Origin: Raillietiella orientalis
Taxonomy: Eukaryota
Length of the DNA: 64,000 nucleotides
Direction of reading: 5' to 3'
NCBI GenBank assembly: GCA_036172245.1
Contig: JAYWIR010000006.1
Location: 1,674,001-1,738,000, forward strand
The position numbers and the translations under genes are program-made. Under the pieces are notes generated by a model, which saw only the letters and a list, made by a program, of their open reading frames with translations, searched no databases and was not told where the DNA came from. Of this stretch, positions 50,921 through 63,330 are shown piece by piece; the first letter of the stretch is position 1, and each line of letters begins with the position of its first letter.

Positions 50921-51594
50921 TCCCATCGTTCTCCGCTGCCGCGGTGACCTCCGCAGGTCTGCCTGCGGCGAACCGGCACTCCCGCTGTAGAATCGGCTGT
51001 GGTGGGGCTTCCTACTTCACCACGGTAGTCGTGGGTTCATTTCGGTTAACAACAAACGCCCCGGCGCGACCGGGTGGCAACGCCCGTAGCTGTTGTCGAT
51101 CTAGGCTCCGCATCCTCCTGGACGAAATAGGGGAGGGGGAAGGGGAAAAGACATCCTCGAACTTGCTGCCGCCACGGGAATTTTCTATTGGCCGCCGAAC
51201 GAACAGCCCCTAGCGACGTGTCTCCCTGGCATCAAAAACAGATGAGGGTGGACCTCACAGTAGATGGCAGCTCGACAAGCGTCTCTGCTCCGTTCGCCTG
51301 CGGGTCGAGTCTCCTGCTCTCAGAGCTCCAGCCAGCCTCCCCGAGGCGCCAGATCAAAGGTCTGCTGGTTCCCGGTGAAGTGCCTGGTGGAGCAAGGCGA
51401 GGCGGACAGGCCGAAGCCCATTCGCGTTGCCTGTCTGCGACATGCAGGCGTCCGCCCCATCGTCCCCCCCGTGGTTTCAGCGTCGCTCCTCCTCACAGCC
51501 TGTTTGCCGCACGCGGGGACACCGAGTGTCTCTTCCGCTCCCCCACCCCAAATGGAGAACGTTTGCGGCCCCTGGACCAAAAGTTTCCCGCGTA

Positions 51595-52275
51595 AGAATC
51601 CGACAACGGGTGGAATGGGGCGGGGGAGGGATGCCCAGGATGTTTCACTCGCCCAAGTGCGCTGCACGGGCAGAGCACCGGATTTCGTCATGGGCACTTC
51701 GGTTAGCGGCCGAAGAGCGGCCGTCGCGACCGCGATCTGGAAGGGTCCCGTGCCGGCTGTCGCGTCGACACGGCGGGCGCCGCCGCTCTTCGGTTCCTTT
51801 CCTTCCGTGCGAACCGTAGCTCTTATCGTAGGGGAATGACAACTCGGCTGATTTTCAAGCGATGCGTCCTCCAACGAAGGATGGGTCACACGTGGCCGCT
51901 GCGATGTGGTCAGCTACCGCTTATCGTCTGTTCTGATTTCATCTTTCTGGATGGTTCGTCTTGAGGATGCTTGGAAACTTCATCTGCGAAGAACCGTTCT
52001 TCTGCAACAGAGCGTTTCCTCTCTGCAGCGAGCTCCGTGCGAACAGGCAGCTGCGACTGGGGTCTGGAGGAGAGCAGCCACGACCCGAGAGGGCGGTGCG
52101 AGGTGAAAGCTCTGACGTCGAGGAAGAACAGCACCGTCCAGACAGCGGTAATTCTTCGGCCGCTAACCGAAGCGCCCAAGGCGAAAGCCGGACTGCTGTC
52201 CGTGCAGTGCACTTGGGCAAGTGAGACGACTGCATCCTGGGCATCCTCCCCCTCCCCGTTCTACCCGTCGTATTC
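51595..52275. repeat. Inverted repeat (51595-51716 / 52153-52275) between divergent ORF1-like fragments
   Basis: GGATGCCCAGGATG, GCCCAAGTGC.CTGCACGG and CTTCGGTTAGCGGCCGAAGA present on opposite strands. Confidence 0.85.
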
Positions 52276-54692
52276 CTCTGCGGCAAGCTTTTGGGGTTTG
52301 CACGGAAAAAGGAAGCAGCGTATCAGACGTCTCCCCGCGAAGGCTCGAAGGTGCCTCTTGAGTCTCGCGGGTCGAAGGGAGGGTCGCAGAGTGTGGCGCC
52401 GGCGTCCGGAAAAAAAAAAAAAAGAAAAGAAAAGAAATGCGCTCTTGAGGCGCGTTGGTGCAATAAATCTTTCCGTACTTCAAACATATCGGGTCGTCCT
52501 CGCAAGGCGGAAGACAAACTGTGCTGCTGAGGTCTGACCGCCGTATCAACGGTAAACTGGCATTCGTCGTCGTCAACCTCGCGGACCCAAACCAACCTCA
52601 GGAAGGGGTTTCAATTCCTTCGCCTCGTTTCTTTGGCTTCCAGCGGTGTAATTCATGGGAGGAGGAGCGTCGACGTCACGCAATGATCCCTGTAAGTGGA
52701 AAAAAAACAGCGTCCCCACCCCGCGGATGCAAGTAACGCCGAGGTGCAGCGGTTTTTTGCCATCCTTCGCTCAAAGCCCCCACAAGGCCGGAGCAGAGGG
52801 AAGAGGGGGGGGGGGAGAAGGAGGGGATCTTTGACTTTTGCCCAGCGCGAGATTCGCCGAGATTCGGACTGAAGCGAGAGAAGAAGCTGTGCGGATGGAA
52901 ATCGCAACGCATCTTTCGCGCGCGCACAGACCACGATGGCGTAAGATGTACCTGCGGATCGGAGATTCGAATCTTCGTGGAAGTAACGATGGCGACAACG
53001 TTGTTTCAGGGAGTGAGAGGGAAGGGAGGGAGGCGACGCGTTGAAAGCTAAGCAGCTTTTTTGCTCGCCTTTTTTGCTTCGCGCGTTTCGTGCGAGTCGT
53101 GGGTCGCAAGGTAGGGGGACGCTGCCGCAACCGCGGCGGCGGTGCTGACCTGAAATGTGCGTCCTTTTTTTTTTGTCTTTGCAAGCCATGAATTCGAATC
53201 ATTCGGAAAGGTTCTGCGGGGGCCTTCGTGAAAATGACCTTGGTTTTTTTTTTTTTTTATTTTTCCCTGCGGCTGTGACCGCGATGTACCCGAGAGTAGT
53301 CTGAACAGGTCTCGGAAGAGCAGTTGTGGAGGGATTCAAAGGGAAGCACGCAGGGACGAGCGAGCACCATCCCCGGATGCATCTCGTGTGACCTCTCACC
53401 GCGAAGGCGAAGAATATCCTCTCTCCCAGGCTCCTTGAATCCGAGTCGGGGTTTGCGGGAATCGCGCTCGCGGCGAATAAGAGGAGAAAATCATCGTGGC
53501 ATCTCTCGAAGCCGGGTCGTCCTTCTCGTATTCTTAGATCACTTCTGAAAGCTGTCAGATTCCATACCGCCGAATTTATGGAAGCAGCGCCGCTAACAGC
53601 AGCAGACAGAGGGAGAGAAAGAAGGAGGAGGAAGAAGAAGAAGTGAGGTATCGGTGCCCATGACTGCGTTTATAAATGGCGTCCAAAGTACAAAACCATA
53701 CGAAGCAGTGCTCTCCTCCGTCTACGCATTACCAGATTTAATACTTTCCATCGCACGTTTCCCCGATAAAAAAAAAAAAAAAACAGGGAGTGAAAAAATC
53801 TCCTTGACTTGTGCGTTTCTCCCTCTGAGTAATCACGGCTATTCATTTACCAGCTTTCAGATATCTTCCAATACCAGAATTGCGATTAATATTTCACCGG
53901 CGGTAGGAGAGAGAGAGCAGCAGCAGCAGCAACAACAACAACAAAATGGCACCATCACATAAGGATGGATCATTATGAAAAATAAGAGCTATTTCTTCTT
54001 CTGCACGTTTCATATTTTTGGCGACGAGACGGGGAGTAGCTGCAGCACGGCCTGCAGCACGTGGCTTGAATTATCGCCGCCTTCCCGTTCCAAACTCCTG
54101 GCGAGCGTCTTCCCGTTTGACAGAGGACTCCGAGGGACCTCGCCAAAGCCGCCGCGCAGGTGATTCCGCAGAAAGAGGTGCCGCCAGCACTCCTCCAGAA
54201 AGCATCCCCCCCGCCAGCGCGGGAAAAGGCACGATAACTTTAAAAACGAAAATCGTAAAATTCCAGCATGGACTCCATTACTGCCTGCGGATTCCTCCTA
54301 TCAGCCCTAATCTTCATGTTAAAACTCGAAACTCATCGCAACCCGAATTTATCTTTCCCATTCGAAAATAGATCGACTCGGAATCTAGATCTCGAATCCT
54401 ATTTTCTATCCCATCCTTTACAATCACCATTATCTTGCTAAGCCTCCTGGTAGAACGAGCCATCGTCATCTTACCCACACCTTCACCCTCCCCTGTCTCA
54501 TTCATCCTTCATTCCACTATCTTCCCTCGAACTCAACACAATTTTAATCCCGGGATTAAAAGATGTGTTGCACACGAATTTATTTCCTTTCCTTTTTCTT
54601 TTTTCTTTTTGGAAAAAAAATAAATAAAAAATCTTCCGTTTGCTTCTTTATCTCCTGTTTCAGTTTCCTACATCATGCCTTGCATTTATTCA

Positions 54693-54730
54693 TTCTTCTT
54701 CTTCTTCTTCTTCTTATTATTATTATCATT
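54693..54730 (+). repeat. Compound (TTC)n(TTA)n microsatellite
   Basis: ttcttcttc...ttattattattatcat. Confidence 0.85.
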
Positions 54731-57700
54731 TGAGCCTTCCCTCGCGGTCCAGCGGCTGACTTCACCTCATTCAGCAGACCACGCTGTGCACGGAAACAGT
54801 TCGCACAAGACGAGACTTTTTTTTTCCTCTTTCCTTCCAAACGTGGGTATGCCACGTGCTTCTTCTTGCGCCGTGGGTCCGTCCGTGTCCACCTCTTTTT
54901 TTCCTTCCGCGTCTCACCAAGGCGGTGGAAGAGAAGGTCACGGTTCACGAGTACGCGGGATCGGGCAGTTTCCCCTCTCCGTACGGTGCTGGAAGGGTTG
55001 CTGCTTGGTACAGACGCCGATGCGGCCGGCACCGCCTCCCCTGTTCCAGTTCCAACTTCTGGAAGAGTCGGCTGGCAACTCGGAACGGAGCTCTTCGCAC
55101 AACCTGCTCAAGAAAGGGGGCCTCGCAGCCGACGAGGGACGCGGACGTCTCCAGAAAATCCACCTGGGGGTCGGTGTGATTTGCAACCGGGCGGGCTCTC
55201 GAGAAAACGCATAGCTTCTCGGCAAATGGGAGAGGCACAGCGTCCTGGGGACCGAGGCCGTGCGATTTTTTTTTTTTTTTTTTTTTTTAAAAAAACGGAA
55301 GCTTTCGGATCATTAGGACGCGCCACGCACCGGGTAATTACCGCAATTAAAAATGGTGATTTCGAGCACGGAACGAAAATCAATCTCTCCCCTCCAACGG
55401 AACGCAGCCGAAGAAACGGTCAAACAGCAAATATTTCCATCCTCTGATCCCTCTCGAAGATCTTCAGCATTCGCGTCACGAAATAATTAATGCAAAACAA
55501 ATGAGATTCAGATTCTGCAAAGATATCCCGCTGAAAGTAAAAGGGATAGTCTTCGGAGATATCAAGCATGAAATGGAGGTACACTTTGGTGTCTGCGATA
55601 AATTTGATGGGAGATGCCGCCGAAACCTAATGTCGGGGAGTGGTACTTTGGGGACACATTTCGAGCAGCCGGGCAAAGCGAAAGTTCCGAGCCCGTTAAC
55701 TTGCCTGCTGGCTATTTCTCATCCTGTTGTTATCCTCCAGATATGTAATTTTCAACCGAATTCAAATTCAAGATCCAATCGGGCGGCCTTTCACGTTTGA
55801 TTTCTTCCTTTCCTATTCCCCCCCCCCCCCCTCCCCTTTGAGCTCGCCTCTTCGACGAAAGAGTCACCAAATGAACGGTGGGGTCACTGAAGCAATGCGC
55901 TCGTGTACGAACGCGCGAGTACAGAGCAGGTGCGTACGCGAGGTTGGTCGGAAAGCTTTACAAAGAAGCGTAAGGCAACCTTCTGGATTGGTAAGACGAG
56001 GTTCAGGAGAAGACGAAAAAGGAAACGGTTTGTGACTCTTTCTGGCATGAAGAAAATTCCGGGTTCTTCGTACCGTCTCCGCCGCCCCCCTCTCCCCCAT
56101 TCGTGGGAAACACGGAACCAACACGCGGGAAGCAGCACAGTCGAATAACTGCCGTCCGGGGTGGGGGCAAGGGTACACGGACACGGACTGCAATGTGCCC
56201 AAGACGGCGATCTCTCACTGCAAGACGAGGATACCTGGCAGGACCACAATTAATCAGCGCGCGATGATTAATGTTACGCAGTGTGCAGTTCCGGTGAAGG
56301 CGTGCAGCTGAAGCACAGAAATCGATCACATGCATGCAGAAATCAAAACAAAATCGGACTTTTCAGGATTTTGACCCCACTTACAGCCAGCAGCAACATG
56401 AAAAAGAGAGAGAGAGAGAGAGAGAAAAGAAAAAAAAAAAAGGTCGCCCTTTGTCAAAGAGATTATAACGTGATGGTGCTCCAAAAGGACAGCGGACACC
56501 GTGGAATCGGAAAACGCACAGCCAGGGAAGGGCGTTCGAGAAATTCCCCCCTTCCCACGTGTCGGCTGCAACGATGGCATGGGCATCACATCCATGGGCG
56601 TTTCTGTCTTGCAAAAAGATGCGTGAAAGCTCCGTGTTTGCCCGCCGTTCAGTGGCCTTGTTTCCTCCGCCTCTGGCTTGCCTTCCAAGCGAGCGCTCGC
56701 TTATTAAAATCTACTTTTTAAATTCTTCCTTTGTCTTACCGGAAACAATTTTCTCGGGCAGGTTTGTTCCCTTTTCCGTTCAAAAAACACGCGGGGAAGA
56801 ACAACCGATTTGTTTGCCTTCGAGGATCCAAGTTGGCGCAGGAAAACAACATCGTCTACACACTTGCAGATTGCATAAGTATCCGAATCCTTTTATCTGT
56901 CGAGGTGGAAAGCAAAAGCCAAAGCAAACATATTTTGAACTTCCAGCCACAAGAATCAATCTTTTTTTATCTTCAGGAGCGATGCATCTTCATTCGGTTT
57001 GGAAGGGGGTAGGTCCACACTCTGAGAAATTCGGAGGTGCAGTCGCAGGCGTGGGATTCGGTTGCTGATCTCCTGAACGGAAAAACTTTCTCCTGGAGTC
57101 AACCGGGGGACATCGGGAAGCGAGTTCACGGACGAACCAAAAAGAAAGAAAGAAGCTTGCTAAGAAGGAAAAAGGGAAAGGTGGGCCCGAATCTGAAGCC
57201 ACCACCTATAACAACGAGGTCAAGAAGCCCGTCCTTGAAGCAAACTCAGGTACTCATTCCATCGAGGTGGAAGAATGTTCTCCGCGAAGCTGCAGCTCCG
57301 CAAGAACGTCCCCTATCGGTTGCCACGAGCACGGTGTTGGTGTCCCGTGGGTTACGATGACGCTGGGAGACGCTGCAAGACCTGTCCGAATCCTCTTATC
57401 AGTGGCAAGCTCAGGAAGAGTCTGCTCGTTTGACCCTCTCCTTCTTTCCAGCGTGCCCTTCTTGGCGGTGTTGCTGTTGTTGTTTGTTTGTTATTCAACT
57501 CAACTTGCGGGGATGGTATTCGATCACCACGAGGAAGCCGCAAAGAAAAGAAACGTTCCTTTGTAGGGAGGTCATGTAGAATGTGTGTTCCAAGAAACCA
57601 TATTTTGAAATTATGCGTTTTTCCATCACTGGCTGGATGCGTAGCCTTTTCTGGAGGTGTTAGCACGCTGCCGGGCTTTCCTTTCCTGCGTTCATTCGCT

Positions 57701-58196
57701 TTGATTTCCTTCTTTCTTGCCAAAAGCTATCGTCCCCACGTCAGCACTCTGCGAGTACCAATGGACGCAGACCAGCTTCAACTGAAAAGGCACTCTGCAC
57801 GTACGGTCATGGAGGTGGTCAGTCACAAAGAGAACCATTTCCAGCAGGTTCTTTGTTCTCATTATTAGCATTGGAAAACCGAAAGAAAAGAAAAAAAAAA
57901 AAAAGGAAACCTGAAAAGAGCACTTTGTTTCCCACCATCTGTGTACAAATCGCTGTTTATCGGGTGCGGATATACCATCCGCTTCTTCCTCTTTTCTTCC
58001 TTTTTTTTTCATGTGCTCACTCGGATGATTTCAGTCCGTGTACCTCGCTTTTTCAGAGGCGAGCGTCATTAAAGTGTTTGAATTCGATGGCTGATGACAA
58101 AATGATCAATTCTGTGATACGTTTTTTTTTTTTTTTTTTTTGCAAAAAGGCATGGTGAGCATTCATCCGTTCGTCCGGAAGGTTTTCCTTCTTCGC

Positions 58197-58197
<1 letters not shown>

Positions 58198-58230
<33 letters not shown>
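58198..58230 (+). repeat. (TG)16 microsatellite
   Basis: Direct reading; a second (TG)12 lies at 58521-58545. Confidence 0.95.
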
Positions 58231-58232
<2 letters not shown>

Positions 58233-58740
58233 CTGCACGACGGCTCGATCTTCTCGGAGATGCAAGCGAAACACGTTGGATAAGAGACCCGCAGTCGGAT
58301 GGATGGCAGTCCAAAGGGGAGCTGGCAACAGCGGAATGGGAGATGATGCTGCGAAGCAGAACGGACGCATCCGGGGAGTGCAAGAACTGCCCGAACGGCA
58401 TCCATCCCCTCTGATGCGTCCATCCCGAGCCGGATCCCCGAAGCAGGTGAAAAGAGAGCCCGGATGGGAACCGACGGCTCGCTCGAGGCGAAAAGCAGGA
58501 AAGGAGGGGGGGGGGAACGGTGTGTGTGTGTGTGTGTGTGTGTGTCTCCCCCCCCCCTCTCCCTTCGAGAAACCGCCGTCCGTCGTCAATGAGGTATCCG
58601 GCGGTCAACAGGCCGCAACACCATTGTTGCGGTGTTCGTGTTCACGAAGGCTTCGAATTCCACGCCAGTCCTTTGTTAGAGGAGAAGCTTGCCGTACACG
58701 GTGTGCACCTCGCGAGCAACACGATGCTGCCCGGAACCCA

Positions 58741-58881
58741 ATGCCAGAACGGGACGCGGTTCGACATCCGCAAGGTATGAAACTGCTACAAATTGGCAAT
58801 TACAGGCTCACCGGGAAGACCTTGGGGAAAGGAAGCTTCGCCAGAGTGGAGCTGGCGAGCCATTCCATACTGCATGTGCAG
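58741..58881 (+). CDS. HUNK: HUNK-like AMPK-related Ser/Thr kinase, first coding exon (subdomain I)
   Basis: MPERDAVRHPQGMKLLQIGNYRLTGKTLGKGSFARVELASHSILHVQ contains the GxGxFxxV loop; donor CAG|GTAAAG at 58882. The start could instead be the ATG at 58777 or an upstream exon. Confidence 0.8.
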
Positions 58882-58986
58882 GTAAAGCACATTAGGAAAG
58901 ATCACGCCTGCGTGAACTGCTTCGACCTTGCAGCAGCACCGCTTGCCCAGACACCTCAGCCTGAAGAGTTTGCCTTTCCTATTCAG

Positions 58987-59115
58987 GTGGCCATCAAGCT
59001 CATCAACACCACCAAGATTAAAGACGAATATGCGAAAAAGAACCTGGAGAGGGAGGCAAAGATGATGTCACGACTGTGGCACCCCAACATCGCCAGACTT
59101 TATGAAACCATAAAG
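58987..59115 (+). CDS. HUNK: HUNK-like kinase, second coding exon (subdomains II-IV); gene continues beyond this exon
   Basis: VAIKLINTTKIKDEYAKKNLEREAKMMSRLWHPNIARLYETIK has the VAIK lysine, alphaC glutamate and HPNI; Y.KKNL.RE resembles HUNK. Acceptor TTCAG| and donor AAG|GTATTG. No further kinase exon recognised before 64000. Confidence 0.85.
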
Positions 59116-61354
59116 GTATTGGGTTAGGATATGCATGCGTGGATGCGGATTTTTTTTTTTTTTTCAAAAAAAGAAGAAAGAAAAGGTGCGAAATGCTTGT
59201 GACTGCGTACAACGGGAGGAGGGGTCCCCATGTACGCGAGTTTTCCTGGAACCCTCAGGAACCGTGGTGGTTTTTGCTTCCGCCGCTCTCTTGACAAAGC
59301 ACTCGAAAGGGCAAAAAAAAAACTTTGAAAGCTTTCCGGGCTAATCCGCCACACGCATGGAAAGAACGCACGAAATGCGGCGCCAAGCGCACCCCATTTT
59401 GTACATTGCATTCGAATCCATAGTACTTGCGACTTTAGACAAAAAGAAAAAAAAAAACCCTCATGGACATTGCACGACTTTTCCTTTTTTAAGAAAAAAA
59501 AAAAAAAAACAGAAATAACTTCGTCGATAAATCATATCTCTGCCAGTCGCACCGCTGTGATGAATTTCTTCACGGAACTGTTTTAATGTACAGTACGGAT
59601 GGACAAATCGCCCCCTTTCGTTTCCTGCATCACTTTGGTGAACCTTCATAATTTACAGCGGCAAGATTTGACCAGGTTACCAGTCTGACATTGAACACGC
59701 GGATCGGGAAGCTGTCGAACCGACTGATGGCGTGAACTCACCTGAGAGGGAAGGAGGGGGGGGGGGGAAAAGGTCCCCTCGGGCTACACTTGCAAAGATT
59801 AAATTCACCTGCGCGGTGATATAATAAACAAACGCCCGCACTTTCGGTGTGGTTACGAGCTGCCGCTGCCACAAGCCGAGGTGGCACACCTGATAACAAG
59901 TAGAATATGAAGCTCGCGGCTGCTCGAAATACGAAATTCCCATGCCTTTTTTCTTCTTTCTTTCTTTCTTCTCTCTCTCCCTCTCTTCCTCCGTCCCCTC
60001 GGCAACAACTGCACGTGGAAAATTTCCGCAAGTCCAGTCGGCATCGCGGGTGCGTCCACGTAATTGGCAGCCCTTGCGGACGGCACCGGAAGGTCCGCTC
60101 CGGCGAAGTTCCCCCGCGCCGTTGGGCTCATCACGGCCGAGCTTTGCCAGACAACGAAAGGAATGGGGGTCGGCCCGATTTCCCGTCGCAATGCTGTTAC
60201 CCGCTGCTGCGTGTCGAGCAAACACGAAAACACGGCACACACTTGCGAGAGCACACACGGACGGCAACGGCGACCCACCCGCGCTTCCGTGGCGGGACGG
60301 TTGACCGTGCAGCCAATCGCGGATACGCAATGGAGGAGGATGGAGGGTTACCAGAAGCTCCGGCGCCGCACGAGCATCCTATATATAATAAGTTTGTAAA
60401 ATGTGCGCAGGACAGTGTACAGTTTGCCCGCATTTTGGATTTGCTGGCGTACCAAACGCGCAAAGCGGGAACTAGTGGATCTGCAGAGGGGGTGGGGGCT
60501 GGAAGAAGAAAAAAAAAAAAAAAAGGTAGCAGCGTCTCTTTTTTCGTTTTCCTTCGGTTTGTAAGCTCTGCGAACTTTCTATTCGGGGGGGGGGGGGGGG
60601 GAGGCAATCCAGGGAAAATTAGGAAGGAAACAGTTATGGTGCTTACGTAGGGGAGCGGAATCGAAATTACCTAAAACTCCATGGCACTACAGCTCCATTG
60701 AATACCCCGAATCACAGATGCACATAACACGTAAGTGCACGTTGTTCGTTGTTCTCGATGAAGAAGAACAAAAACATAATGGCAGCAAAAGCTCTCTCTT
60801 GGTTTTCTTATGTATGAACGAGTAACAAGAAACGGCTTGCACCTTGCTTTAGTCAAAAAAAAAAATGAGCATTTCGAAAAGAATGTCTCTTTCTAGGATC
60901 CAAGTAAGAGAGTACCACTAGTGCTATGTGTGTGTGTTTTTTTTTCTCCAGCTTATTGACCGAATAGAAGACCGTTCAATGTGCATAGAGACTGTCAGAG
61001 AAGATGGAGTTCCCAGAAGGACTTACATGTGATCCTTTGATGGAAGACCTTTCACACAGTTCTCGAATAAGTAGAGGGCTCGCGACCACTCGCAGAACCC
61101 TTCCACCGAGATCGTAATTGTGTGAGGCTGATTAAAGGAATTCCCGAGGAATGCTCTTGTGAAAAATTGAACACGGGAGATTGGGACCGACGCAGGAGAG
61201 ACCACATTTAAGATGGGCTGGCCATCAAGTTCCGAATGCCTGCCCTGCGATTCTCAGCCCAAATTCTGGATTAGCGCCGCGAAACATCCGAGTTAATCGA
61301 TACGCGATGTTAACTAATTCTTTTCCAGGAATTATTGATGATGGATGCTGCTGC

Positions 61355-61390
<36 letters not shown>

Positions 61391-61498
61391 GGCACATGAC
61401 GAAGTACAAGTTATGCTAATGAGATTCAGCATGGTAAACAGAGCGGTGAGCGAAATTCTGCTTTTCCCTAAAGTGGATTAAAAGGTCACTTTAAAAAA

Positions 61499-61523
61499 AC
61501 ACACACACACACACACACACACA
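61499..61523 (+). repeat. (AC)n microsatellite
   Basis: Direct reading. Confidence 0.9.
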
Positions 61524-62199
61524 AAAATGGCAGTGTCTGTTCAGCAGAAACGATGAGTCACAGCGAGTTATTACTTGCAAAATAAATGCTGAGGAAAACA
61601 AGCCTGGGAAATGGATCTCGGAGAGGAAGATGATTCGTCTTCGTTTGGTGGTTTCACGAGCCTGCAGCATTTAAATGTAGAAACCCGGAGATGGCAGAAG
61701 ATTAATTTGCTATTGTTTTAAGTAAAACACTAGGCTAATTCGGAAGTATCTTTAAAGGATCAAAGAAGAGAAAGAAAGAAAGGGAAGGAAGGGGAGGGAG
61801 GAAGGGGGGAGGGACAGCAGGAACCTGTGAAGAATCGAATAAAACGCAATTCGTCGCAACCAGCGAGGAAAATTCAGTTTATGCTGAAAGCACAATCGAA
61901 AGAGTCGGAAGCTGCAGCAACACCGTCGAGCCGAGCTGCGCGCCCCTCGAAACCTTCGGAGGAGAAAGTTCCGCTGGGAGCGCCGGAGGAGGAAACGGCG
62001 GCGGCCGGACACTTGGCGCCGGCTGGCGTTGGAGACCTGGCGCGGGAAGCTGCACCCGAGTGCGTTCTGGGAAGCGGGACGCCGGATCGAGTGCTCGTGC
62101 TCACATGAGATGGATGGACTGGGGAGAGGGGGGGCGCTCGGAAGCTGCTGCCCTGTCCTGGTCTTGCTGCCCGGGGGGCTCGCCGTGCCGAGGCATCTC

Positions 62200-63330
62200 C
62201 AGCTCCCCGCGCCCCAGCGGCAGGGGAGCCGGCTGCTCCGCCTCGGCATCCCGGCAAAAGAACGCCGATCTCCCGAGCGTCTGGCCGGTACACCTCCCCT
62301 CCTTCCCCCTCCCTCCCTCTTCCACCTATGAGAGAGACGCCGATGTTGGGGGCCGACGTTGGAGCAGGGGCAGAGGGCTGCAACCCCGCGCGGGCGGCAG
62401 CAGCTTCGATCTGTCGCGGCTCCGTTCAAGAAGTACCGCCGGAATCTTCCTCTCGGGTCAGAATTTGCGAGACCCGGTGCAAACGGCCTGCTTCCTGCTT
62501 GCTCGCCCGTATCCGGGAAACGAGCTGCCCCTAGGACGACGGTGACACGTGACACCGCGGGATGCCTTGCGATCTGGGAGCCTCCCGGTGCGGAAAAAAG
62601 GGGGAAATAGAAGAGCAGGATAGAATGAAAAAATGAAAAAAAAAAAAAAAAAAAAAGAGAGGGGGGGGGGGGGGGAAGGGAGAAAGAAAAAGGGAATTTC
62701 CCAACTTGCGAGAAATTACTGTCAACCCGCACTATTTGACAAACAGTCAGGATGGCTTCGAAGTCTCCAAATGTTGAGCGGCTCGAAACGTCATCAGCAG
62801 CCTGGAAGACGGTGAATCGCGCGCTGGATGCATCGTCGCGAAGGGGTGTGCAGCTCTCGGCGAAACACCGCCTACCAGAAGGCGGGACGAGAGGGCGGCC
62901 TGCGCCCACCCAGCTGCGTGCTCCTCCACGTGATCCCTCGCCCTTCCTTCCGCGCGCGGACAAGCGGGGCAGGGAGGGGGGTCAAGGGACGTTGCAGGTA
63001 AGCACCGGCCAGCAGTCCTCTGCGGCAGGGCTCCCTTCTTAGCGAGATGGGAGCCGCGAGGTGCTCGAGGTGGACACCTGCCGTATCGGGCAAACCCGGA
63101 AAGCGGAGCACCCACCCTGCCGGGCGTCGTTCGCAAAAATCCTCTTCCCTGGTCCCGGAAATTCCTCCTCTTTCGCAGGAGCCTCCGTCCGTTCGACATG
63201 CCGAAAGACTTGCGGACGAAGTCGCTGGGAAACAGGCAGGCAACGAGGTCCTCGGGGAGCGAACGGCGGCGGCAGCAGCAGCAGAGGGAGGCGGCAGAGC
63301 AGAAGAGGCAGCATCTCCGCCCTGCCGCTC
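62200..63330 (-). mobile_element. Two degenerate ORF1 fragments inside the kinase intron
   Basis: LPEDLVACLF...GMSNGRRLLRKR...RCPPRAPRGSHLAKK (C..C..GHLAK) and SRVTVVLG..PD...RPF...FLNG. Confidence 0.5.

Noticed and set aside
55501..55800. 99-aa ORF (KDIPLKVKGIVF...)
   Set aside because: Only a faint resemblance to an RTE-type RT thumb; no splice or domain support.
58201..59127. 308-aa single-exon kinase ORF
   Set aside because: The N-terminus is translated (TG)n microsatellite, the ORF reads through an intron, and the kinase domain is incomplete.
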